Shown here: positions 46,957-54,671 of the stretch, piece by piece
Numbering within the stretch: position 1 is the stretch's first letter
Layout: the number at the start of each line of letters is the position of its first letter
Source: Solirubrobacterales bacterium
Lineage (GTDB): Bacteria; Actinomycetota; Thermoleophilia; Solirubrobacterales; 70-9
Direction of reading: 5' to 3'
NCBI GenBank assembly: GCA_035712345.1
Contig: DASTAY010000048.1
Coordinates: 67,179-131,178, forward strand
Length of the DNA: 64,000 nucleotides
Position numbers and translations under genes: made by a program
Notes under the pieces: model-generated
Told to the model about the DNA's origin: nothing
The model's database searches: none
What the model saw: the letters and a program-made list of their open reading frames with translations, nothing else

Positions 46957-47070
46957 GGTCAGTTCCGGCAGGGGGCGAAACGTCTTGTACTTTTTCGTCG
47001 AACGCATGGGGCGCCAGCACAACCCCGATCCACCGAAAAAGTTAAGTGAAGCCCCCTGCTGGAACTGACC
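46957..47070 (+). repeat. 114-bp palindromic intergenic element, copy 2
   Basis: It has the same invariant blocks as copy 1. The outer stem is GGTCAGTTCCGGCAGGGGG / CCCCCTGCTGGAACTGACC, which differs from copy 1 at many positions with matching changes in both arms. Confidence 0.9.
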
Positions 47071-47099
47071 CTCGCCGCGCTCGAATAGTCTCCGCCCCC

Positions 47100-48095
47100 G
47101 TGTCCGCCCCCGTCATCTTCTCCGGCATCCAGCCGACCGGCCGCAAGCACCTCGGCAACTACATCGGCGCGATCCGCCAGTACGTCGAGGGCCAGGAGCG
47201 CGGCGACCCGGCGATCTTCTGCATCGTCGACCTGCATGCGCTCTCAGTCGCCTACGATCCGGCCGAGCTGCGCGAGCGCGTCTACGACACGACCGCGATC
47301 CTGCTCGCCGCCGGGCTCGATCCCGAGCGCTGCATCCTCTTCCGCCAGTCCGACGTGCGCGAGCACACCGAGCTGACCTGGCTGCTCTCGGCGGTCACCT
47401 CGCACGGCGACCTCAACCGCATGCACCAGTTCAAGGAAAAGTCGGGCAGGCAGCGCGAGCTGGCGGCGGCGGCGCTCTTCTTCTACCCGGTGCTGATGGC
47501 CGCCGACGTTCTCGCGTACAGGGCCACGGAGGTGCCGGTCGGGGACGACCAGAAGCAGCACGTCGAGCTGATGCGCGAGATCGCCCGCCGCTTCAACGAG
47601 CGCTTCGGCGAGACGCTGGTCGTGCCCGAGCACCGCATCCCCGCGGTCGGCGCGCGGGTGATGGACCTGCAGGAGCCCGAGAGCAAGATGTCGACCACGG
47701 GGGGGACCGAGGCCGGCACCGTCCTCGTCCTCGACGAGCCCGACGCGATTCGCAAGAAGCTCGGCAGCGCGGTCACCGACTCGGGCCGAGAGATCGTCCG
47801 CCGAGCGGACAAGCCGGGCGTGACCAATCTGATCGACGTCCTCGCGGTCGCTCGCGGGGCGGACCCCACGGCGATCGAGGCCGAGTTCGAGGGCGCCGGC
47901 TATGGCGACTTCAAGGCCGCCGTGGCCGACGGCGTGGTCGAGATGCTGGCCCCGGTGCGGGAGCGCTACGCCCAGTTGCGTCCCGACCAGGCGGCGCTCG
48001 AGGCCGCGCTGGCGGGCGGCGCCGAGAAGGCGCGCGCGGTCGCGGCGCCGATCCTGGCGGAGGTCAGGGACCGCATGGGCATCGGTCCCGGATAA
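47100..48095 (+). CDS. trpS: tryptophan--tRNA ligase (start re-assigned to GTG 47100)
   Basis: VSAPVIFSGIQPTGRKHLGNYIGA carries the HIGH-type motif, and KMSTT is the KMSKS motif. The track start at 47046 lies inside the repeat element. Confidence 0.9.
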   Translation: MSAPVIFSGIQPTGRKHLGNYIGAIRQYVEGQERGDPAIFCIVDLHALSVAYDPAELRERVYDTTAILLAAGLDPERCILFRQSDVREHTELTWLLSAVTSHGDLNRMHQFKEKSGRQRELAAAALFFYPVLMAADVLAYRATEVPVGDDQKQHVELMREIARRFNERFGETLVVPEHRIPAVGARVMDLQEPESKMSTTGGTEAGTVLVLDEPDAIRKKLGSAVTDSGREIVRRADKPGVTNLIDVLAVARGADPTAIEAEFEGAGYGDFKAAVADGVVEMLAPVRERYAQLRPDQAALEAALAGGAEKARAVAAPILAEVRDRMGIGPG

Positions 48096-48154
48096 GGCGA
48101 CGGTCGCTCCGCTCCGCGTCCGCTGCCGTCGCCGTCTCGCTCTAATCTCCGGCA

Positions 48155-48889
48155 ATGACCGTCGCGGACCTGGACCTCGAGCTCGACGTCTTCGCCGGGC
48201 CGTTCGACCTGCTGATCGCCGTCCTGCTGCGCGAGGAGGTCGACCTGCTCGAGGTCGAGCTCGGCGAGGTCGTCGTCGCTTACGTCGAGCACCTCGAGCG
48301 CGAAGGAGAGCTGGAGCTCGAGGTCGCGACCGAGTTCCTCGTCCTGATCGCCTCGCTGCTCGAGCTGAAGTCGCGGCTGCTGCTCCCCGGCGCCGACCCC
48401 GAGCTGGAGGAGATGGGGCCGGAGGAGGCGGTCGAGGAGCTGCTCGCCCGGCTGCTCGAGTACCGCCGCTACCGGGGTGCGTCGGGGGCGCTGCGCGAGC
48501 GCTTCGACGCTGCCCGCGGCTACCTCTACCGGGCCGCGCCGCTGCCGGCGAGCCTGCGCCGGATCGCGGTCGAGGCCGCCGTCGCCGCTTATGACCCCGA
48601 GCGGCTCGGCGCCGCGCTCGGCGACCTGCTGGTCGTTCCGCCCCCGGTCGACGTCAGCCACATCCGTCCGACCGTCTCCCTGGAGCGCCGCCTGCGCGCC
48701 CTGCGCGACGCGCTCTCCGGCCGGGCCAGCATCGACTTCGACGAGCAGTTCGGCGGTGAGGACCGGCTGACCCAGGCGGTGACCCTGTTCGCCCTGCTCG
48801 AGCTGTACCGCAAGGGCGAGGTGACCTGGAGGCAGAGCGAGCCGCTCGGGCCGATCGAGATCCTTCCCCAGGAGGCCCGAACGGCGTGA
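48155..48889 (+). CDS. scpA: segregation and condensation protein A
   Basis: It has the DVFAGPFDLLIAVLLREEVDLLEV N-terminus and is followed by a coupled scpB. Confidence 0.85.
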   Translation: MTVADLDLELDVFAGPFDLLIAVLLREEVDLLEVELGEVVVAYVEHLEREGELELEVATEFLVLIASLLELKSRLLLPGADPELEEMGPEEAVEELLARLLEYRRYRGASGALRERFDAARGYLYRAAPLPASLRRIAVEAAVAAYDPERLGAALGDLLVVPPPVDVSHIRPTVSLERRLRALRDALSGRASIDFDEQFGGEDRLTQAVTLFALLELYRKGEVTWRQSEPLGPIEILPQEARTA

Positions 48890-49455
48890 GCGACCTGAGC
48901 CGCACGATCGAGGCGCTGCTCTTCCTCTCGCCGCAACCGGTGGCGCTCGCCGACCTGGTCGAGGCCACCGAGGCGACCGAGGGCCAGGTCGCCGAGGCGA
49001 TCGACCTGCTGCGCGAGGACCTCGGCGGGGGCAGGCGCGGCGTGGTCCTGCGCGAGGTCTCGGGCGGGTTCGCGCTCGCCAGCGACCCGGCGAGCGAGGA
49101 AGCGGCGCGGCGCCTGCTGGCCAAGCCGCGCACGCCGCCGCTGACCCAGGCACAGGCCGAGACGCTGGCGATCGTCGCCTACCTGCAGCCTGTCTCGCGG
49201 CCCGAGGTGGCGCGGATCCGCGGCGTCTCCTCGGAGTCGGCGGTGCAGACGCTGGCCGAGCGCGGGCTGATCGAGGAGTCGGGCCGCTCGCAGTTCGGCG
49301 CCGCGCTGTTCAAGACGACCGAGCTCTTCGAACGGCTCTTCGGCCTCGGCGGGCTCGACCAGCTGCCCGATCCGGCCCAGTTCGACCCGAGTCCCGAGGA
49401 CGAGCGCGAGCTGCGCGAGCGGCTGCTCAAGGCCGGGGAGCAACGGGCCGAGTGA
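48886..49455 (+). CDS. scpB: segregation and condensation protein B
   Basis: It has IEALLFLSPQPV and LTQAQAETLAIVAYLQPVSRPEVARIRGV motifs. Confidence 0.85.
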   Translation: MSDLSRTIEALLFLSPQPVALADLVEATEATEGQVAEAIDLLREDLGGGRRGVVLREVSGGFALASDPASEEAARRLLAKPRTPPLTQAQAETLAIVAYLQPVSRPEVARIRGVSSESAVQTLAERGLIEESGRSQFGAALFKTTELFERLFGLGGLDQLPDPAQFDPSPEDERELRERLLKAGEQRAE

Positions 49456-49461
49456 GCATGG

Positions 49462-49572
49462 GGGCAATCCCGGTGGGGGTTCCACTTAACTTTTTCGGTG
49501 GTTTGGATTCAGCTGTCGCCCGCGGCTCTCGACGAAAAAGTACAAGACGTTTCACCCCCACCGGGATTGCCC
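49462..49572 (-). repeat. 111-bp palindromic intergenic element, copy 3 (reverse orientation)
   Basis: It contains the reverse complements of both invariant blocks (CACTTAACTTTTTCG and TCGACGAAAAAGTACAAGACGTTTC). It has a perfect 18-bp outer stem GGGCAATCCCGGTGGGGG / CCCCCACCGGGATTGCCC. Confidence 0.9.
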
Positions 49573-49576
49573 TCTA

Positions 49577-50275
49577 GTGCGGCTGGCGAAGTTCCTCGCT
49601 CACGGAGGGGTCGCTTCGCGGCGCAGGGCTGAGCTGATCGTCGGCTCGGGTCGGGTCACTGTCGACGGGGAGGTCGTGAGGGATCCGGCGCGGGATGTGG
49701 GGGAGGGGGACGACGTCCGGGTCGATGGAAGCCCGGTCGGCGCCGAGGCGCGGGAGGTCTGGGCGGTCAACAAGCCCGCCGGCGTCGTGTCGACCGCGCG
49801 CGAGCCTGGCGCGCGGTCGGCGGTGGTGGAGCTGGTCGACTCGCCGGCTCGGCTGTATCCGGTCGGGCGGCTCGACGCCGATTCGACCGGGTTGCTGCTG
49901 CTGACCAACGACGGCGAGCTGGCCAACCGGCTGACGCACCCGCGCTACGAAGTGGCGAAGGCCTACCGGGTCGAGCTGCGGCGGCCGCCGAGCGGGGCAG
50001 ACCTGCGGCGCCTGGCGGACGGGGTGGAGCTGGACGACGGGCCGACGGCGCCCGCCGGGGTGCGACGTCTTGGCGAGCGCGAGGTCGAGATCGTCCTGCG
50101 GGAGGGACGCAATCGCCAGATCCGTCGCATGGCCGAGTCGATCGGCAACCGGGTGCTCGCCCTGCGCCGCGTCCGCTTCGGCCCGATCGGGCTGGGCGAT
50201 CTCGCCGAGGGCCGGGCGCGCCGCCTCTCGACCGCCGAGGTCGAGCAGTTGCGGGGGGCCGCGGCTAGGAGGTGA
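49577..50275 (+). CDS. rluB: 23S rRNA pseudouridine synthase, RsuA/RluB family
   Basis: It has an S4 domain (MRLAKFLAHGGVASRRRAE) and the catalytic motif GRLDADSTGLLLLTNDG. Confidence 0.88.
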   Translation: MRLAKFLAHGGVASRRRAELIVGSGRVTVDGEVVRDPARDVGEGDDVRVDGSPVGAEAREVWAVNKPAGVVSTAREPGARSAVVELVDSPARLYPVGRLDADSTGLLLLTNDGELANRLTHPRYEVAKAYRVELRRPPSGADLRRLADGVELDDGPTAPAGVRRLGEREVEIVLREGRNRQIRRMAESIGNRVLALRRVRFGPIGLGDLAEGRARRLSTAEVEQLRGAAARR

Positions 50276-50675
50276 CCTGAACGACGACCGTCCGCTCGCG
50301 CGGCCTGTCGTCGAAATCGAGCAGGACGAGCTGTTGCCAGGTGCCCAGCGCCAGGCGCCCGCCCAGGACCGGGACCGTCTCCGACGGCCCGACCAGGGTC
50401 GCCCGCTGATGGGCGTGTGAGTTGGAGTCGTGGTTGAGCCGGTTGTGCTCGTAGTCCCCCCGTGCCGGGATCAGCCGCTCCACCAGCTCGCGCAGGTCGT
50501 GAATCCCACCCGGCTCGAACTCCATCGTCGAGATCGCCGCCGTGGACCCCCGCACGAACGCCAGCACCTGGCCGTCGCCGATCCCGGCCTCCTCGACGAC
50601 TCGCTGCACCTCGTCGGTGATGTCGACCACATCGGTGTCAGCTTGAGTTGAGAGTTGCAGCTCTGCGGTGTGCAT
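50265..50675 (-). CDS. YjbQ/UPF0047 family protein (secondary thiamine-phosphate synthase-like)
   Basis: This 136-aa ORF has HTTAAL-like STAAISTMEFEPG and NSHAH motifs characteristic of the YjbQ family. Confidence 0.75.
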   Translation of the reverse strand: MHTAELQLSTQADTDVVDITDEVQRVVEEAGIGDGQVLAFVRGSTAAISTMEFEPGGIHDLRELVERLIPARGDYEHNRLNHDSNSHAHQRATLVGPSETVPVLGGRLALGTWQQLVLLDFDDRPRERTVVVQVTS

Positions 50676-50731
50676 CGCTGTTTGACGCTAGCCAATCCCG
50701 CCGCGCCATGTGGGTTTGGGAAGATGCCCCT

Positions 50732-51115
50732 ATGAGTGCGAACGGGAACCAGAGGCTGTTCGCTGTGCGGGGCGCGGTGCAGGCCGAGGCCAACGAAGCC
50801 GCGGCGATCGCCACCGCGACCACCGAGTTGATGCGGGAGCTGCTCGAGCGCAATGCGCTCGAGCCCGAGGCGATGGTCAGCTGCCTGTTCACGACGACCG
50901 ACGACCTCGACGCGGAGTTCCCCGCTGCCGCCGCACGCGAGCTGGGGCTCGCCACGGTGCCGCTGCTCTGCTGCCGCGAGATTCCCGTCCCCGGCTCGAT
51001 GCCGCGGGTGATCCGGGCGATGGTCCACTACTACGCCCCCGCCGGGCACACGACAACGCACGCCTATCTTGGGGCGACGCAGCAGCTGCGCTCCGATCTC
51101 CACGCCGCCCAGTAG
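50732..51115 (+). CDS. aroH: AroH-type monofunctional chorismate mutase (alternative ATG 50708)
   Basis: LFAVRGAVQAEANEAAAI..VSCLFTTTDDLDAEFPAAAARELG..VPLLCCREIPVPGSMPRVIRAM aligns by eye with Bacillus AroH (IRGIRGATT...). Confidence 0.8.
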   Translation: MSANGNQRLFAVRGAVQAEANEAAAIATATTELMRELLERNALEPEAMVSCLFTTTDDLDAEFPAAAARELGLATVPLLCCREIPVPGSMPRVIRAMVHYYAPAGHTTTHAYLGATQQLRSDLHAAQ

Positions 51116-51139
51116 CCGGCCAGTCGGCACAATGGGCGC

Positions 51140-52234
51140 ATGACCGTCACCTTCGCCGAGAAGCTGGCCCGCATCCCGGGTTACCAGGCCGGCGTGCCGA
51201 CCGGGCAGGCGCCTGAGGCGATCGCCTCGGGTGGGATAGCCCAGCTCGCCTCCAACGAGTCGCCCTTCGGCCCGCACCCCCAGGTGGTCGAGGCGATCCG
51301 CGCGGCGGCCGTCGCGATGAATCGCTATCCCGACCCCGACGCGACCCTGCTGCGCCGCCGCATCGCCGAGCGATACGAGACCGAGCCCGGAAGGGTCGCC
51401 GTCGGCAACGGCTCCTGCGAGATCCTCCTCGCCGCGGCCGAGGCGCTCTGCGAGCCGGGCGCCGAGCTCGTCTACGCCTGGCCCTCGTTCTCGATCTACC
51501 CGTACCTGGCGGCGCTCACCAATGCGCGCGAGATTCGCGTGCCGCTTGCCGCAGGCGAAGCCCACGACCTCGACGCGATGGCGGCCGAGGTCACCGCCGC
51601 GACCCAGCTGGTCATCGTCTGCAACCCGAACAACCCCACGGGCACCTATCTGCCGGCCGCGCAGATCGCCGCCTTCTGCGAGCGCCTGCCCGACCACGTC
51701 ACGATCGTCCTCGACGAGGCTTACGTCGAGCTGCAGACGGTCGACGACCCCGACACCACCATCGACCTGCTCGCCGAGTTCCCCAACCTGGTCGTGCTGC
51801 GCACCTTCAGCAAGGTCTACGGCCTGGCCGGGCTACGGGCCGGCTTCGCCCTTGGCTCGGCCAAGTTCCGCGCCGCGGTCGACGCCGTGCGCCAGCCGTT
51901 CAGCGTCAACGCGCTCGCTCAGGCGGCGGCGGCCGAGGCGGTCCTGCACCAGGAGGACGTCGAGCAGCGGGTGGAGCGCACCCTGGTCGAGCGCATCCGG
52001 GTCGAGGAGGGCCTGCACGAGCTCGGCCTCGCCACGGCCGAGACCCAGACCAACTTCTCCTGGATCGACCTCGGCGACGCCGACGAGAAGGCGGTTGTCG
52101 CCGGCCTCGCCGAGCACTCGATCGCCGTCCGTCCGGGCACGCCCCTGGGCGACCCCGGCCACATCCGTGTCAGCTACGGCACCACGGCGGAGAACGACCG
52201 CTTCCTTGCCGCGCTCGGCGCTCTGCTCGACTAA
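51140..52234 (+). CDS. hisC: histidinol-phosphate/aromatic aminotransferase
   Basis: It is a class II aminotransferase with NPNNPTG and the PLP-lysine context RTFSKVYGLAGLRAG. It sits in an aromatic gene cluster. Confidence 0.85.
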   Translation: MTVTFAEKLARIPGYQAGVPTGQAPEAIASGGIAQLASNESPFGPHPQVVEAIRAAAVAMNRYPDPDATLLRRRIAERYETEPGRVAVGNGSCEILLAAAEALCEPGAELVYAWPSFSIYPYLAALTNAREIRVPLAAGEAHDLDAMAAEVTAATQLVIVCNPNNPTGTYLPAAQIAAFCERLPDHVTIVLDEAYVELQTVDDPDTTIDLLAEFPNLVVLRTFSKVYGLAGLRAGFALGSAKFRAAVDAVRQPFSVNALAQAAAAEAVLHQEDVEQRVERTLVERIRVEEGLHELGLATAETQTNFSWIDLGDADEKAVVAGLAEHSIAVRPGTPLGDPGHIRVSYGTTAENDRFLAALGALLD

Positions 52235-52293
52235 TCCCGTTTCGCCTGCTACAAAGTCTGGCAGTGAAGCGAACAGGCGACACCGCGAGCAGC

Positions 52294-52356
52294 ATGTGCG
52301 CACGGCGCGCTGCGGTTGCCCCTGTCCGCATCTCCTATTTCTGGCGATTTAGCTAG
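52294..52356 (+). CDS. candidate aromatic amino-acid leader peptide (20 aa, MCARRAAVAPVRISYFWRFS)
   Basis: I translated this codon by codon: ATG 52294 ... ATC TCC TAT TTC TGG CGA TTT AGC TAG (stop at 52354-52356). Tyr-Phe-Trp are consecutive and a second Phe follows. The AT-rich codons used (TAT, TTT, CGA) are otherwise rare here. It lies about 150 nt upstream of the DAHP synthase gene. No clear SD is visible. Confidence 0.5.
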   Translation: MCARRAAVAPVRISYFWRFS

Positions 52357-52505
52357 GCGTCCGGCCTCGCGGCTTCGTGCCGCCCACATAGAGCGTCTGG
52401 CCGGGCGCCGGTCCCCGTGGTTCGCGCGTTTCGCGATGCCTGCGCTCGCGTGGCGAAGCCCGCACGGAAAGTAGAGTCCCGAAAGTGGAGAAAGGCAGCG
52501 AAGAG
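52357..52505 (+). promoter_or_regulatory. candidate attenuator/leader RNA between the mini-ORF and aroG
   Basis: Several GC-rich stems are mutually exclusive. 52356-52366 pairs with 52399-52409 (11 bp, one G:U). 52371-52381 can instead pair with 52452-60 (7+2 bp). I saw no U-tract terminator. Confidence 0.35.
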
Positions 52506-53585
52506 ATGATCATCGGAATGCGGGAGGAGGCGCGGGACCGGGTTCGCGACCAGCGGATTGAGCGCGTGGTCGAGCTGGTTCCGCCGCAGGCGCTGCTCGG
52601 CGACCTGCCGCTCGGCGCAGAGCGCGAGCGAGTCGTGGTGAGCGGCCGCGAGGACGTCGAGAAGGTGCTCGAGATGAGCGACGATCGGCTGCTCGTCGTG
52701 GTCGGCCCGTGCAGCGTGCACGACGCCGAGGCGGCGCTGGAGTACGCCGGGCGCCTGGCCGGGCTGGCGGGCGAGCTCGAAGACGACCTGCTGGTCGCGA
52801 TGCGCGTCTACTTCGAGAAGCCACGGACGACGACCGGCTGGAAGGGGCTGATCAACGATCCCTACCTGGACGGCTCCTGCGACGTCAACGCCGGCCTGCG
52901 CATGGCCCGCACCCTGCTGCTGCAGGTGCTCGACCTCGGCCTGCCGATCGGCTGCGAGTTCCTCGACCCGATCACGCCGCAGTACATCTCCGACACCGTC
53001 GCCTGGGGCGCGATCGGCGCCCGCACGACCGAGAGCCAGACGCATCGCCAGCTCGGCTCCGGCCTCTCGATGCCGATCGGGTTCAAGAACCGCACTGACG
53101 GCAACGTCCAGGTCGCGGTCGATGCGGTTCGCGCCGCCGCCGCCTCGCACGCCTTCGCCGGGATCGACGACGCGGGCAGGCCGGCGATCCTGCACACGGC
53201 GGGCAACCCGGACGGCCACGTGATCCTGCGTGGCGGTCGCGGAAGGCCCAACTGCGATCCCGAGGGGGTCGCCGCTGCCCTGACGATGCTGTCCGGCGCC
53301 GGCCTCGCCGAGCGCCTGGTGATCGACGCCTCGCACGACAACAGCGCCAAGGACCCCGATAAGCAGATGGCGGCGACGGCGGCGATCGGCGACCAGGTCG
53401 CCGCCGGCAACGGCGCGATCGTCGGCGTGATGCTGGAGTCGTTCCTGGTCGAGGGCCGTCAGGACCTCGGCGACGGGGGGGCGCTCACCTACGGTCAGTC
53501 GATAACCGACCCCTGCATCGACTGGGACCACACCGTGACCGCGCTGGAGGGCCTGGCGGCGGCCGTGCGGACACGGCGCGGGTGA
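52506..53585 (+). CDS. aroG: 3-deoxy-7-phosphoheptulonate (DAHP) synthase, class I-alpha (AroF/G/H type; start could be GTG 52485, ATG 52506 or ATG 52518)
   Basis: It is close by eye to E. coli AroG: DDRLLVVVGPCSVHD, RVYFEKPRTTTGWKGLINDP, WGAIGARTTESQTHR, GFKNRTDG and ILRGG. Confidence 0.92.
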   Translation: MIIGMREEARDRVRDQRIERVVELVPPQALLGDLPLGAERERVVVSGREDVEKVLEMSDDRLLVVVGPCSVHDAEAALEYAGRLAGLAGELEDDLLVAMRVYFEKPRTTTGWKGLINDPYLDGSCDVNAGLRMARTLLLQVLDLGLPIGCEFLDPITPQYISDTVAWGAIGARTTESQTHRQLGSGLSMPIGFKNRTDGNVQVAVDAVRAAAASHAFAGIDDAGRPAILHTAGNPDGHVILRGGRGRPNCDPEGVAAALTMLSGAGLAERLVIDASHDNSAKDPDKQMAATAAIGDQVAAGNGAIVGVMLESFLVEGRQDLGDGGALTYGQSITDPCIDWDHTVTALEGLAAAVRTRRG

Positions 53586-54667
53586 TGAGGACGGCCGTCC
53601 TCGGGGTGGGTTTGATCGGGGGCTCGATCGGGCTCGCCGCGAAGGAGCGGCTGGGATCGGAGGTCGTCGGCTGGGGGCCGCGGCGGCCGACCCTCGAGCG
53701 GGCGCTGGCGCTCGGCGCCCTCGACCGTGCGGCCGACTCGATCGCCGAGGCATGCGCAAGTGCCGAGGTCGTCTTCTGCGCCGGCCCGGTGGCGGCGCTG
53801 CCCGAGCTGGCCCGCGCCGCGCTGGAGGCGAGCGGCCCTGAGACCGTGGTCAGCGACGCCGGCTCGACCAAGCGCGGGATCGTCGCCGCGCTGGGCGAGG
53901 ACGAGCGCTTCGTCGGCGGGCACCCGCTGGCCGGGGCCGAGACCGCCGGGGTCGAGAACGCCCGCGCCGACCTCTTCGAGGGAGCCCGCTGGTACCTGAC
54001 CCCCACCGAGCGCACCGGCGGCATTCTTTACGACCGCCTGCAGCGCGCGATCGCCGGGCTCGGCGCGCGCCCCCAGGCGATCGACGCCACAGCGCACGAC
54101 CGCCTGATGGCGACCGTCAGCCACCTTCCCCACGTGCTCGCCGACGTGCTCGCGTCCCAGGCCGCCGCGGAGCTGACACGCGACTCCGAGCGGATGCCCG
54201 AGGTCGGCCCGAGCTTTCGCGACGCGACCCGCGTCGCCGGGTCGAATCCAGGGATCTGGGGCGACATCTTCGCCGCCAACCGCGATGCGGTGCTCGCCGC
54301 GATCGACGACTCGATCGCCCGCCTGCGCGAGGCGCGCGAGCTGATCGGCTCGGGGGAGGTCGGCGCGGTCGAGTCCTGGCACGCCGCGGCGGGCGCCGAT
54401 CGCCGTCGCCTGCTCGAGGTCGAGCGCCGCGGCGAGGCCCTGCGCGAGCTGCGCGTCGTCGTCGCCAACCGCCCCGGCACGGTCGCCGAGCTGGCGCTGG
54501 CGCTGGGCGAGGCGGGCGTCAACATCGAGGACATGGCGCTGCACCCGGCGGCGGACATGAGGTCCGGGGCGATCTCACTCTGGGTCGGCGGCGACGAGCA
54601 GGCCGAGCGGGCCGCGAGCCTGATCCAGGGGCTGGGCCACAGCGCAACCGTGCTGGCCGAGGAGTAG
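53582..54667 (+). CDS. tyrA: prephenate dehydrogenase with C-terminal ACT domain
   Basis: It has VLGVGLIGGSIGLA (Rossmann), GGHPLAG and HDRLMATVSHLPH motifs and an ACT-like C-terminus. Its start overlaps the aroG stop. Confidence 0.88.
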   Translation: MMRTAVLGVGLIGGSIGLAAKERLGSEVVGWGPRRPTLERALALGALDRAADSIAEACASAEVVFCAGPVAALPELARAALEASGPETVVSDAGSTKRGIVAALGEDERFVGGHPLAGAETAGVENARADLFEGARWYLTPTERTGGILYDRLQRAIAGLGARPQAIDATAHDRLMATVSHLPHVLADVLASQAAAELTRDSERMPEVGPSFRDATRVAGSNPGIWGDIFAANRDAVLAAIDDSIARLREARELIGSGEVGAVESWHAAAGADRRRLLEVERRGEALRELRVVVANRPGTVAELALALGEAGVNIEDMALHPAADMRSGAISLWVGGDEQAERAASLIQGLGHSATVLAEE

Positions 54668-54671
54668 CCCG

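Noticed and set aside
46921-47099. I looked for a T-box or riboswitch upstream of trpS, a SAM riboswitch upstream of metK (58025-58047), and a glycine riboswitch upstream of gcvT (36412-36460).
   Set aside because: The spacers before metK and gcvT are only 23 and ~50 nt, too short for these riboswitches. The trpS spacer is occupied by the palindromic repeat, and I saw no T-box conserved sequence.
50708-50734. MWVWEDAP upstream of aroH contains two Trp codons and could be a Trp-rich leader peptide.
   Set aside because: It is in frame with aroH and has no stop codon. It is therefore only an alternative N-terminal extension, not a separate leader ORF.
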